Part shown: piece by piece, positions 1 to 12,800 of the stretch | Layout: each line of letters begins with the position of its first letter | Numbering within the stretch: position 1 is the stretch's first letter | Source: Neophaeotheca triangularis | Lineage: Eukaryota | Assembly: GCA_054600435.1 (NCBI GenBank) | Contig: BAAIJX010000101.1 | Span: 1 to 42,829, forward strand | Direction of reading: 5' to 3' | DNA length: 42,829 bases | The notes under the pieces: model-generated | The model's database searches: none | Told to the model about the DNA's origin: nothing | What the model saw: only the letters and a program-made list of their open reading frames with translations | Position numbers and translations under genes: made by a program

Positions 1-1606
1 GGGGGGAATATCGCCTATATGGCTCTGTAGCTTTCCTTCGATGGATGGATATCAGCAGATTGTTTTGTTCCCGGCGAGGAAAGGTGATAAGAAAGAGGCA
101 GCTAAAGGGGTCTGTAGACTTTGAACAGAGATGCTGCCTGAGAGTCAGCGAGCATGGCCTAGCTTGAGAACACAGTAAGAGGTGCCAAGCACATGGTATC
201 CGGCTCTGAAAGTAGTGTTGATGTTGTCCTCGGCAATGTTGTGAAGCAGAACATTCTTCCGCCGCTTAGGCTCTGTACGCTAGCAGCAAGCCATCGGCAA
301 GAAAATCCCGCAGCATTGTGAGGGTATTAGACCAGAAAAGCGCGCCGGCGACGAGAGCGATGCAAATCCTCGCCGATAGCGGGTTTGTTCTCGGCAGCCC
401 AGGTGCGTTGTAGCTCTTTTCACGACTCAGGTTCCATAGGCTAGAGGGTGCCTCGCCTCTTGAGTCTTCTTCTCCAGCAGTCTGACCAAACGGGAGCACT
501 TGAGACTCGCCGAGAGCAATCGCTCTCTGGCATTCTTACATCCTTGCATTAATTCCGGGCGGCTAGGAGGAGTTCATCCTGTTCGGTACTCGGGACTCCG
601 AGGGGAGAGGCGGCTCGGTGCCTTCAGGTCAACCTAGCAGTGTTAAGCTTAAAGAGCTTGTAGGACATGCCGCGAACCTGTTGTATCAAGTCGAGATGTG
701 CTGGCGAATTCCTCCCGGGAGGTCAGCCTGTACTGTTGCAGGAGGGTTCAGGGCTCCGAATGGCTAGTCGAGTCCTCGCACGATGTACTCGTGGGATAGT
801 GGGAAGCCTGAAGTAAGAGCCGATGGTCTTGGGTAGCACATTTTAGGGACTGGTGCTGGCTACAGCCAAGCTGAAGCCCAAAACTGAAACGAGCAAAGAA
901 GGCATAGCAACCAATGCGGTGCATATCATTGCTGGTGGATTATGGAAATCTAATCTTACCGGTCAATGGCGAAGTCACAAAGCCCTGCCGACATCTTTTG
1001 CTGCCATCTTCAACCGTCTTCCGCCGACACGGTGTATTCTGCGCATTCTGAGAATGTAATGGGGGTCGCTGCATGCCAATATTGAACCCATCAAGTAAAC
1101 GAGAGCCGCTCCCGCAAAGAGTGCCATGCAAAGACTTCCAAGATTACGTGGAAAAGTGGTCGAGGCATAGAAACCTTTCCAACGACAAGGTTTCCGCAGT
1201 CATAGCCGCGTACCCCGATGCACCCACATATGCACGGAATTACAGTGGCTCGCAGCCAGCAGGCCTTCCCTTTTCGGCAAACCACCATGTAACAGTCGAC
1301 CCAACTACCTCAGAGCTCGCATCAAGATGACCTCGAATCGCTATTCGTTGCAGTGCTGTACCAAAGGGTTCGGGCAGAGACAGACACGGCGAGAGCGAAA
1401 TTTGGCTGCCAGGCACACTGCGAAAGTGGCATTGCCCGGGTAAAAGTGCGGTGCTACGGTTCCGATGTAGCGACGCAGCCGCGTAAGAGGGTACAAGCGA
1501 GCCGGGCATCGTGGATTGTGGCAGAAATTACTCCCCGTGATCGAAGTTGGTCCAGAACGGTCGCGTCATAACCGCGCCAGCAAAGGCAACTTACTCCCCC
1601 ACCCTC

Positions 1607-3941
1607 CTACGGCGTATCCGGCACCACTTCCTCGCCCATCAACCCCCCAGTCATATAATGCATCCTCCTCCCAACCAAATCCTCCGCACTAGCCAAACCG
1701 ACCAGACTTTTCCTAGTAGCAATGGGACTTCTCCGGCCAGACTCAAAGAACTTGGGTCCACCTTTACGTCTACCCCTTCCGCGACGGGCGCGCTGTTCGC
1801 CAAAACCTGTGTTGGAGCTGGCGTGACCGCTGCCGTAGTGGGAAGGGGTCAGACCCGCAGTCAGCGAGGTCATGGACATTTCGAGCGGGCGCTCGGAGTC
1901 TAGGTCCGAGTGGGCGGAGGACTGGCGGCGGTGTTTGTTGGTGGAACCAGAAACGGAGAAGTAGTCGCCCTCGCCTGCGAGAGCGGCGATTGCTGATGTG
2001 GCTGCGGGAGTGGGGGGTTCGCTGCGCATGGTGTCGTGGTCCCTTCGATCGGCTTCAGCGAAGACCTCGCTCATCCAGCGATCGCACTGCTGAATAAAGT
2101 CCCAACCTCTGTTGTAGATGGAGACGAACTGCAAGAAACCATGACTGATACCGGGGATCAGCTTGACTTCGAGGTGTTTGCTTTCGTCGAAAGTCGCATT
2201 GGCATCTTCTAGGCCACGTTCTTGGCGGTCGATGAAGTCTTGCATCTTGGCCTGTCGGATCCTGCCGGCAAAGATGACTGTGTCGTCAACGAGTGGGTCG
2301 CGTTCGCCGGTTAGCATGTAGGTTTTTGGAAAGCGGGCGAGGAGGGTTTCCGGGGCTTTGAGTGGGGAGAGGAGGTAGTCGGTCTCAAAGTCGGGTTTTT
2401 GGTGCGGGCCAATGTAGAGGATGATCATGGCCCGGAGCATTTCGGGGGATAGGATGCGGTCGTTGAAGTAGGAGATCATAGAGGACATTGCTAGGCGTGT
2501 CTTGAGAGCCGGGGGTAGGGGTTCTTGGGGTGTAGTGTTGAGTTTCAGGGGTTCGCGAGTCGTTGGCTCGGGTTCTTCGGTCTTGTCCTTCGTTACCGTT
2601 AAGGGCTTGATGGTGTCGGTGCTGTTTGCACTCATTGGGGACATTGTGAGATTGGCCATGCTGGTCTTTCTTGGCTTCCTTATACTCGGCCCTTCGTCCT
2701 CGTCCTCGGAACCGTAAGGTGTGTCGGGGGTTAGCTTGCGGTAGTCATCACTCTTCCTCTTGATGATCTCTTTGTTGGCTCGCCGTCGCCCTGGTATCTT
2801 GATCAAAGCCATCTGCTCGTCCGTCATCCAGTTGCCGATATTGCAATTCAGTGCCGGATACACCAGCACCAGAGCCTCTGGTAGCGGAATTTGCTGGTGC
2901 CGCCGCGCATCTCCTGGAGTAATTGAAAGATGCGGCGAAGACTGTAACAGCTGAAGCGTCATGGCGGTTGCCAGGTTGCCACCAGCACTGTCGCCACTGA
3001 CGATAATCTTCGGGACCACCATCCCAGAGAGCCCAACACACTGCCCCCTAGTTTGAATGATACTGTAATACGCATCCAAGCATTCCTCCAGCGCATAAGG
3101 GTACGGAAACTCAGGCGCCTTCTTATAGTTGAGCGCCACGACCGGCAATCCCGTCCTGCCGGCCCAAGACATCAACTTGTCATCATGACACCTAGGATCC
3201 ATAGCCACGAACCCCCCGCCAGGGATATCAAGAATCACCTTGTCATGCCTCAACAGCGACTCCCTCGCACCATCAAAATACAACCAAGCCTCAATAGGCT
3301 CGTCGTGTGGACTTTGCCGCGGCCTCCTGATAAAGATCTTCTCTGGCCGCCCTCTCATCAATTTCGGTCGCAATAAGCGCGTAAAGAAGCCAAGAATCGG
3401 CGTCGTGGGTTTATTCCAGCTCGTACGCAAATGCTGCAGCGTCAGACCGCCCCTGACCTTCCTGACCTTCTCATCCGCCTGCTCGGCGCAAAACATGTAG
3501 TAGACGGTGAAAAGCATGCTGGCCAGCTCTTTCACCACCGGAGGCCGGAGGTTCATCGCCGTCCAGAACCCTGCATCCAGGGCTGTTGTTATGTAGGTGG
3601 CGCGAAAGTAATCGCGGGTGTAGAGATTGGCGAGTGGCTCGGGGCTTTCTAGGCCGACTATGCGGGCGAAGTTGCGTGAGACGTAGACGGAGAGGAAGGT
3701 GAGGACGAGGGTTTGCCATGTCGTTAGCCGCGAGGAGAGGAGGGTGGAGAGACGTCGGAAGGGTTTGGGTCCGTGACGGTTGCTGTGGGAAAGAATGAGA
3801 CTCCAGAGGAGTACGACGGTGAGGACTTGATATTTGCGCTGGCGCGTCGAGGGACGACCCATGATATGGTCTTCAGGTGATGGGTCAGCGAATGAGATAG
3901 TTTGTACTGGGTTGGTAGATTGGATGCTCTGTACCTATCAT
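1607..3941 (-). CDS. Hormone-sensitive lipase (HSL)-family alpha/beta hydrolase; join(3941..3935, 3870..1607)
   Basis: 751-aa ORF with the PGGGF oxyanion motif, the GDSAGG nucleophile elbow, and DPLVDD/HGF catalytic Asp and His. A 7-nt first exon (ATGATAG) plus a GT..GCTGAC..AG intron at 3934-3871 restores the N-terminus MIDHIMGRPS typical of fungal homologues. Confidence 0.9.
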
Positions 3942-4039
3942 GACGGCGGATTTTCAATCGTGCTGGACTCTGATGAATGATACATACAACACGCGCGTTT
4001 TATGCGGTCTATGGCTGACGGCAAGGAAACAAAGGAAGC

Positions 4040-4078
4040 GAGCTGGAGCTGGAGCTGGAGCTGGAGCGGGAGCAGGAG
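4040..4078. repeat. (GAGCTG)n hexanucleotide microsatellite upstream of the lipase gene
   Basis: gagctggagctggagctggagctggagcgggagcaggag read directly. Confidence 0.85.
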
Positions 4079-4702
4079 TATCAGGAATGTTGTTGAAGTG
4101 GAGAGGAACAGTGGAAAGGAAATAGCATGGTCAGACTCCCTTACCAATCAACCATCCTGACCAAATAGATCATCCCAAGCCGCTAGATGTAGACATTGCT
4201 AGGTATGGGGTGGAGAGGGAGACCGGCGAGAGGTGGTTGTGTTTGGGGAGCATGTGAAAGAGCCCGAGCCGAAGTGGAAGAACCTTAGGTAAGCTAAGCT
4301 AAGGTAAACGTCACTCCCGGCCGTGGGGGCCGTCACCGAGAAACTTGCATGTGATCAAGTCTAGAGCAGCGAGATAGCCGCGCCGTGCCGAAATGTACCG
4401 ACGACGACGACGACGATGATGGATCCAGCACGCTGACCTTCCTTGGCCGACACGCTGAAGATGCGAACTCGCAATACATACACAGTAGATTGGCAGAGGC
4501 AACGAGATCAGTTGCGAAGGACATAAGAGACACATCGGAATCCTTCAAATGGAGCGGCGAAAGGCGCAGTAATGCATTGTCATTGTTTTACTAAATCTGC
4601 CCCCTCCTGGTGGCCGCACCGAAGCAGCCGCTCAGGCAAACGCCAATCGCTCGTAGTAAACGTGTGGAGGTATCGAAGAGCACATCAACCAAAAAACACA
4701 CT

Positions 4703-6096
4703 CTAAGCGGGAGCCACGAGGTCCTTCTTGAGCGTGCCAATGGCAGTCTTCTTCTCGCTCGGCGTTTGGTAAACACCGTGACCGAACTTGCTGGAGGTGT
4801 CGATCCATTTGAGGTCGATCTTCTCGAGCGCGCGGCGCGAGGTGTGCGTGAACATGGACTTGCGGAGAGTCATGACACGCTTTTTAACACCGGGCACGGA
4901 ACCCTTGAGGAGGACAAAGTCGTTCTTGACCTCACCGTAGTGGACGAAGCCACCGAGACTGGGGGACATGTTAGCGATTGCATAAGTTGGGATGCTGGGT
5001 AAGCAAACTCACGGAGTGATGGTTTTGTTGACAACGTCAAAGTCGGTGGCGGCGTTCTTCTCGTCGCTGCCCTTGCCAATGCGGTAGATCTTGTGGTTGA
5101 CAGAGGTACGGTGGTGGTAACCGTTCTGACCAGCACGGGCGACGGTCCACTGCACGTGCGAAGGATGCCAGGCACCGATACAAGCAACCTTGCGGAGACC
5201 CTTGTGCGTCTTGCGCGGCAGCTTCTTGGTACCCCATCTGGCAGTGACACCCTCGAAACCGCCACCCTTGGTGACAGCGATGCAGTCAATGACCTCGTCC
5301 TGCTCGAAGATGCTGTTGATCTCGACGGGCTTCTCGAACATGCCCTGGGCGAAATCGACCTTGTCGGAGATGGAGCCACCGTTGACCTGAATCTCCATCA
5401 AGTGGGCCTTCTTCTGCTTGAGAGGGGTCATGCCGATCTGAGTGTGGGCGAGGACGCGCACGGTGGTGCAGTACTTCTTCATGCGCTCAATGTCGCGGGT
5501 GATGCTCTTGCCGTCGGCCTCGGAGTGCTTCTTGGCGTACTTGGTGAAGGCCTTCTTCTTGCTGCGGTACCAGTTCTTGTAGAAGCGTCTCTTCAGCTCG
5601 TCCGAAAGGTGCTCAGCCCACACAGTGGTCAACGAGCGCAGGCCGCGGGGGGTCTCGATGTAGCCAACGACACCAACGACCATCATCTGTTATGTACGGA
5701 TCAGCGCATGCCCAAAAAGGTATTGGCGCCATATCTCGTACCGGAGGAGTTTCGATGACCGTGGCGGCCTCGACGATCTCCTTCTTGTGCAACTTGGCGC
5801 CTGGGCGGTCCAAGTCACGCACGACGGTGGTCATGCCGGCCTTGTAACCCATGGAGGCAGTGAGGTGGACGGGCTTCTTGGGGTCGTCCTTAGGGAAGCT
5901 GTATTGTTGCGATTGTCAGCGAAATTGTTCTCTGTATCCAATTCCTCGTACAATCTTGTTTCCATCCCAATCTGGCGGCGGCGGAAGCGTTATTCAAGAC
6001 GTACCTCTTGACCTTTCCCCTGTGGCGGGAGGCGCGCTTGCGTGGCAGGAATGCCAACGAGCCATGGCGAGGCGCTTCGAACTTCCTGTGCGACAT
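4703..6096 (-). CDS. RPL3: 60S ribosomal protein L3 (uL3); join(6096..6005, 5898..5742, 5686..5013, 4958..4703), 392 aa
   Basis: Motifs [51 protein letters not shown] and DTSSKFGHG. Three GT-AG introns (5899-6004, 5687-5741, 4959-5012) give a 1179-nt continuous frame. Confidence 0.98.
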
Positions 6097-8188
6097 CTTG
6101 ACCGGAGTTGCTGGTTTGTCGTTGTCGTGGAGAATCAAAAGTTCGAGAAGAGAAGGTGTGCGCTGCCAAATTCAAGGTAGTGAGATTTCAGTGCGCTCGG
6201 CCCTACCCGGCGCTAGAAGATGTGGGCGACCTTGCTTGGCGTTGGCCTTAGAAGTTAGGCAAGACAGCCGCCTACAGTAACCTACGCCTCATTCGAGTCA
6301 GCACAACTCGCTCTCAACTACACCAATTGCATTAGACAGCGACTAGTCACCTAGCATGCAGTCGGCATACTAATACGGCCATGGAAAGCGAGTTGCGGGC
6401 TTCCTGGCTCGGAAGCCCTCGAACATTTCAACATCGCTCACTCAACGTCCAGTCAGGATACACTTGATGTGGACAGGGCATGGTGGTTTCCTTCTCCAAG
6501 TGGGTTATTCCTGTTCACTGAACCATCGCTCTACTTCCAGATCTGCACTCTGGTGGGCATGGTGCTATTGAGGCTTTCAACCTTTAATTTCATCTACGAC
6601 GACGACGGTTCTACCTGCTCTTGGCCACCTGACTCAGGTCGGCACGCATCATGACCCGAATACTGAGCCAGGCACATAGCTATGCCTTGACCTACATCGA
6701 AGTCAAAGATCAGCTAGTAGTAAATTGAAGAGTGTACCTCGGTTGGTAGCTAAGGTTTCTCGACTGCTCCGCTGAAAGTTCACCGTGGACTTCTGGTCAA
6801 CTCAGCGTGATACTGTTTTCACACTTCTGATTTGTCCAGCGAGTGGACCTCGACCATGTCGGAGGGTTTGAGCCTTGAGAGTTCCTAGGTTCCTACAAAT
6901 GTCTCAATCGGTCGAGTTGGCTACTGTAGTTGGGAGAAGGTGCCGCAAAGGCACGGCCTCGGTGTTCTTCGAATCCGAGAGGGCTGGGATGGCGGGTCGC
7001 GGGGAGTCGCACCGCAAAGATCATGCATCTTTCCCATCGCGGCATCTTCACAACATGCTGGCATGCGATGCCTTTAAAAGAGACAGCGAATGAAATTCCC
7101 TGAGCAGAAGTGACGTGGTTGAGGAAAGAAACTTCTGGCAATCCCCGGCGGCGGCGAGGACTGATACGCTTTCAAAGGAGGGGGGTAACTTAGTAGGTAT
7201 CGTTACTTGGGTATATACCAAAAGCCATGTTGTACTGACGCGAAATGATCCGACATGACGCTAAATGAACAATGGAACGGGCGCTCGTTAGTCTGAAATT
7301 TGGCTTGCGAGCATTATCGTTTCGGGCACTCGACTCAGGAAGCGGGTTGCAGAGGTAATTATGCGAAGAAGCGGAAGAGCAGGAGGCGGTCAGAGTAAAA
7401 AAGGGAAGATGGTAGTAGTATTTCGCCTCCGATAGTTGTGTACATGAATTAGGTACCTAGTTATCGCTGCTGTTTTTTATGCAATCGTTGCCTTTCCTCG
7501 ATCATCGGCGCAGAGAATCACGATGTGTCGTCTCGGTGTCATGAACGGTCCTTGCAGGATGTGAACGGCTGTAGGACGAAACCTTGATCTTTTTTTCCAC
7601 TCCAAGTGTGCTGACTGCTGCGTAAGGCTGCGGCTTGGAAGCGGGAGTTGGAAGCGGTCAGGGAGCCTTGTCACGCTATTCCCACATCGAGACCACCCCA
7701 TCAGCGTAATCCCTCACACGGCGACAATGTCAATTCAAGCTCGCGTTATTCCCTTGAATCGACAACGCCAGCCACAATAATCACCCGAAAGTCAAGTGGC
7801 GATTTATTATCATGAACAAGTGCAGAATAATCCAGGTCTTGTGACAGCTTGACGGCAAGCGACCGTTTTTTCTTCACAGCTTCCAGGATTCAGGAACAGG
7901 ACATTATTTTCGGAAGCATCCGGCCTTTGCCCAAGCATCCACACGTGCGCTTCAAACCTTCGCAGTCTCGCCCCTCTTCCTTCTCTAAAATTACCCATGT
8001 CCGTGGAGCGTCACTTTGTTGCCAACTAGTACCAACGGCACTCGGCCGGCTTTTTATTGCTACGGTACCTTGTCCACCTAGTAGTGCTCGCCATGGCGCT
8101 CACGCGCTCGTCCGCGCGCCGCATTGCTGCATTTGTTGGACTCCTGACAAGTGCGCAGAGCGACGACGGCTTTTGCTGATACAGTACC

Positions 8189-9505
8189 TTGAGTCTTCGA
8201 AAAGGCACAAGTGACGTTCTTGAACGGCGTCAGTCAATACTGAAAAGTTCAGCTGGTAAGGAGATCGACAGACGAACAACACGTCTTTGGTGGCCAGGAG
8301 AATGGCAGCAGCGGCAGCAATCATGGTACGATGACCTCGCCATAACCGAAGTATCGAGTGCGCTCTCTAACGACGGACAGCAACCCACACAGCCGGGCAA
8401 CGTGGGCCAGCCTCACGTGTCCTCGAAATCACGACAGCCCTTCGATCCTAACTTGCTTTGCAGCAAGCTAGAAGCGGCGAAGCTTGAGCAAGATGGTGGG
8501 AAACCGGCCACTCGAAGCAAGCGCGCCTCTTACAGCGGCCAAGGATATGTACCACGCAACGCAGCGAGACAATTCGCCTCGACGACCACACCACTCCCGC
8601 CAGACCACTCCTCCAAATCGTCAATAGGAAGGTCCAAATCCCTGCAAGTGCCCAACAAAGCGAAACTGGACCGCGTCGACGCGCACGAGTCGGGCATAAA
8701 CCCCAAACAGCTCATGGCAAACATGAGCATCGGCATGTCGGAAAGCGAAGCCATGGGCATGGTAGAGCATCCGCGGCGCAACGAGAGCAAATCGAAAAGA
8801 GCGTCTCTACCACCCACAACAGGCACAGTAGACAGCGGCCGCGCGACGCGCAAAGGCAGCGACGCAGGCCCCCTACCCTACAAGCCCGGCGACTCTTCGC
8901 ACCGCAACAGCGAAAAGCGCCGCTCTCTTCATCAAAGTGCCGCCCTCAACCAAGCCATGGAAACCCTAGCCAACAGCCTGCACGCCAGCGCTTCCAGCAC
9001 TCTCCCCACTCACCAACACTCTCTCCCCCACCCCGACCAATACCCCGACTTTTTCCGCAAATCTCTCGATGACGTGCCCGAGTTTCGCCAACTGCGCGAC
9101 CGCGATAACGAAATGCCCTATCTAATGCCCATGGAGAACGGCCCGACGCTAGAGAACGGCGCAGCGAAACGGCCTAAAATCCCCGACTCTCATGACCGCA
9201 ACGATTGGAGCCAGCGTAGTCAGTGCAGCGACGATATGCGGCATTTGCTTAATCGGCCGCTGATGCGGAAGAAGCAGCGGGCGCACAAGGCTGGGGATGC
9301 GCAGTCGAAAGTGGCGGAGGGGAGGGGAAAGAAGGGCGAGAAAGGGGCTGGAGGGAGGCCAGATACGCTTATGAGACAGAAGAGTCAAGGCGATCTTCCC
9401 GAGGAGGAACAAAGTGTTGGCAATGAGGCGAAGATGATCAAGCAAGAGGAGAAGGTTAAGAGGAGGCAGAGTCTGTTGAACCCTTTTCGGAAGTTTTTGC
9501 ATTAA
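8189..9505 (+). CDS. Hypothetical low-complexity/disordered protein; true start unresolved (probably a short upstream exon)
   Basis: 438-codon open frame rich in S/R/Q/K that begins at TTG. A branch site and acceptor (GCTGATACAG) sit just upstream at ~8175-8184. No recognisable domain. Confidence 0.7.
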   Translation: MSLRKGTSDVLERRQSILKSSAGKEIDRRTTRLWWPGEWQQRQQSWYDDLAITEVSSALSNDGQQPTQPGNVGQPHVSSKSRQPFDPNLLCSKLEAAKLEQDGGKPATRSKRASYSGQGYVPRNAARQFASTTTPLPPDHSSKSSIGRSKSLQVPNKAKLDRVDAHESGINPKQLMANMSIGMSESEAMGMVEHPRRNESKSKRASLPPTTGTVDSGRATRKGSDAGPLPYKPGDSSHRNSEKRRSLHQSAALNQAMETLANSLHASASSTLPTHQHSLPHPDQYPDFFRKSLDDVPEFRQLRDRDNEMPYLMPMENGPTLENGAAKRPKIPDSHDRNDWSQRSQCSDDMRHLLNRPLMRKKQRAHKAGDAQSKVAEGRGKKGEKGAGGRPDTLMRQKSQGDLPEEEQSVGNEAKMIKQEEKVKRRQSLLNPFRKFLH

Positions 9506-9700
9506 GGAGGGGGTTTTGGTAGTTTCGTATTTGGGGAATGGGAAGTCAATCAAGTTTTGTGCGGAAACTTTCTGTATAATGAAAGAAAATGCTAGCAGCT
9601 GTCTCACTGTGCAAATTGAAAACCTCCACTAGAGTCTCAAAGGCAGGGGGAATATGAAGATGAAATGAGCATTGCCCTGAGCCTCAGGAATATCGCCCCA

Positions 9701-9744
9701 CCTATCTTATCTTATCTGATAATCACGTCCCGCTTATCGATGAG
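9701..9744. promoter_or_regulatory. Cluster of CTTATC (GATAAG) and GATGAG (PAC-like) motifs upstream of RRP12
   Basis: cctatcttatcttatctgataat...gcttatcgatgag lies ~75-120 bp before the ATG. PAC-type elements are known ribosome-biogenesis promoter motifs. Function here is inferred. Confidence 0.5.
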
Positions 9745-9818
9745 GCAGTCGCAGTTCGATCTTTTCGAACTTTTGAACCGGAAAATCGGCTCGAGACAAA
9801 ACAAGTAATTGCGCCAAC

Positions 9819-12800
9819 ATGGCCAACATGTCTTTAGCGGAGAGACTCGACAAGATCCGCTCACAGCCCAAGCTGCAGAGCGGGCAGCAGACTGGTGTCG
9901 TCTTGAATGCCATCGAGGACACGCTCCGCTCTCAGAAATCCGACCCGACACCGACCGCCTATTTTGCCGCCTTGCTGAGCCTACTGAACCAGACAATCTC
10001 TCACGAAAAGGGCATCACCAACAAAGAAGTCGCCTACGCCGTCGTCTACCTCCTCGATCTCGTCACGAGCCATGTCCCGGCGCCCTTGCTCAAGAGCAAG
10101 TTCCCGCAGATTCTGGCCGGCCTCGCGCCAGCCCTCACACACCCCGAGGCTGAAGCGCCGCTCTTGAGAGCTGCGATAGGGTGCTTGGAGTCTCTCTTGC
10201 TCGCACAAGACTCTCAAGCATGGGCGCTGCCGCAATCCGGAAGCAGCCCGCGGGGAGCTATGGGAGGCCTGCTAGCTCTGGCGGTGGACCACAGACCCAA
10301 GGTGCGGAAGCGCGCGCAGGATGCCCTGTCGAACACGCTCAAACATCCTCCCCCGAGCCCATCCCTCGACCACCCAGCAGCGGACATGTGTGCTGAGGCG
10401 GCTTTGAGGAGTCTACAGGCTTGTGCGGAGGAGGTGAACAGCAGGAAGAGGAAGCATAAGAAGGAAGAACAGCAGAATTACCCGAGTCTTATGCATGCGC
10501 TGCAGTTGGTGAAGACGATTGCGGTCGCCGCGAATGGCTGGCCGGCTAGGAAAATTGACGCGCTGTGTGAATTACTGCTGAACATCTCAAGAGGCAGCAA
10601 TGAGTTCCTCACCATGTCCGCTTTTGAGGTTTTCGAGATCATATTTTCTGGCTTGGCGGATGAGGTCTCATCGACAAAGTTACCGCGGGTGCTGGAGGCC
10701 ATCAAGGAGTTGCAGCCGTCGCAGAACGATAGCCAGCTGCTTCCGCCGTGGATTGCTGTGCTCAGCAGAGGCTACGATGTTTCCTCGCAGATTGAGCCGG
10801 AGGAGACGTTCCAGAAGCTGCCGGAACTCTTTTCGACCGTCTCGACATTCCTCGTTTCTTCCTCACACAATATCCGGGTCTCTTCTTCAGAGTGCTTGAT
10901 CTCGTTGCTGAACACATGCATCCCTGACAATGTAATCCTCGACCCTTCAATCATGGACGACAAAGTGCTAGAGCGTATCGCAAAGACGCTGACTGAAATG
11001 CTCACGGTCAAGTACCAGACAGCTTGGATGGAAGTTTTCAACGTTCTCTCAGCTGCTTTTGAAGTGTTGAAATGGCGCTCACACCCATTACTTTCCAACA
11101 TCGCCAAGACCGTTGGTGACCTTCGCTCTGACGATGCATTTGCTGGAAAGAAAGAAGCAGACGCCGTCTTATCCTCTGCAATCCGCGCCATGGGCCCGGA
11201 TAATGTGCTTGCGATCTTGCCTTTGAACCTCGTAAAGCCCAAGCCAAAGGAACCTGGACGAGCCTGGCTTCTGCCTCTTATGCGAGACTCCATCAGCAAC
11301 ACGCGACTTTCGCACTTTCGCTCCGAGCTTGTGCCGTTGAGCGAGGTAATGTTCGAGCGTGTCTTGAAGCATGGCGAGGGTGAGAAGACTATGGAGATCA
11401 AAGTGTTTGAGACTGTCGTAGGTCAGATTTGGGCTTGTTTGCCAGGTTACTGCCAGCTGCCGCTCGACTTGGAACAGGCTTTCGATCAGACGTTTGCGGA
11501 GCAGCTGAGCAATTTGCTTTACCAGCAGCCTCAACTGCGAACGCAGATCTGCAAGGGTTTGCAGCATATCGTGGAGACGAACAAGATCATTGCCGATCTG
11601 GAGACGGAGGAGGAAGACTTGATACAACAAGGTCGCGTTACAAAGGCAGCGGCTGCACAGAACTTGAAGCATCTGGCGACGTTCGCGGGCAATATGCTTG
11701 CGGTGCTCTTCAACGTCTACAGCCAAACCCTCCCGCAAAATCGCGGCAACTTGCTCCAATGCATTAATGCTTTCCTCAGTATCACGCCAGAGGGGGAGCT
11801 CATGGAGACTTTCACCCGCGTTGCCACGATGCTGGAGTCGGCTTTTGAAGAAAGCGGATCGCAGACACAAGCAGACAAGCAGAAGCAACAGCCTTCGAGC
11901 AAAGACCAAAAGAGCAAGATGCCACCAATGTCACACACGCTCATGGACTTGGTCATCACCATCTCCATCTACCTTCCTCGACAGAGCTTCGCTGGGCTCT
12001 TCAACATGGCGGCAAACATTGTCAACAAGCAGGATGATCCCCAGCTCCAGAAAAAGGCCTACAAATTGATTCCACGCCTGGCTGAGTCTGAGACAGGTCT
12101 TGCCGCTTTGCGCGAACGAAGCGCAGATCTGCAGCAGCTGTTGCTCAACGCTGCTGACAAGGCATCTGCGCCGGCCAAGCGTGACCGTCTGGCATCTATT
12201 GCACAAGTAGTGCCATACCTTCCACAGAGCGACCTCCACTTTATTCCCTCTATCCTCTCCGAAGTCGTCATCAGCGCCAAAGAGGTGAACGAGAAAGCCC
12301 GTAACGCCGCTTTTGAGCTCCTCGTCCTCATGGGCAACAAATTGGCTGAAGGCGGTGCCATCGTCAACGCCAAAGTTCCCGGAATGCCAGAAGATGCACC
12401 TTCAGTCGAAGCCAATCTTGAAGAATACTTCACCATGGTCTCAGCTGGTCTCGCGGGCGGCTCTCCGCACATGGTCTCCGCGTCCATCACAGCACTCACG
12501 CGTCTGCTTTATGAATTCCGCTCTCGCTTGCAAGAGTCCACCGTCACTGACCTTGTGCAAACCCTCGACCTATTCCTCACCTCCAACAACCGCGAAATCG
12601 TGCGCTCTGTCCTCGGTTTCGTAAAAGTCTGCATCATCTCGCTTCCGGAAAATATTATCAAGCCGCGCCTGGAAACGCTGGTTCCTAACCTGGTCGTCTG
12701 GTCTCACGAGCACAAAGCCCAGTTCAAAGCTAAAGTCAAGCACATATTCGAGCGTATGATTCGTCGTTTCGGTGTCGAGCTCATCCAGCGCTACACCCCG

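Noticed and set aside
5150..5240. RPL3 as a possible self-resistance allele (trichothecene/anisomycin site) for the nearby PKS
   Set aside because: The site reads wild-type ACIGAWHP (Trp equivalent to yeast W255 intact), and the gene is ~31 kb from the PKS among housekeeping genes.
5899..6004. Longer first RPL3 intron as a snoRNA host
   Set aside because: No RUGAUGA box C or convincing H/ACA structure was seen on the transcribed strand.
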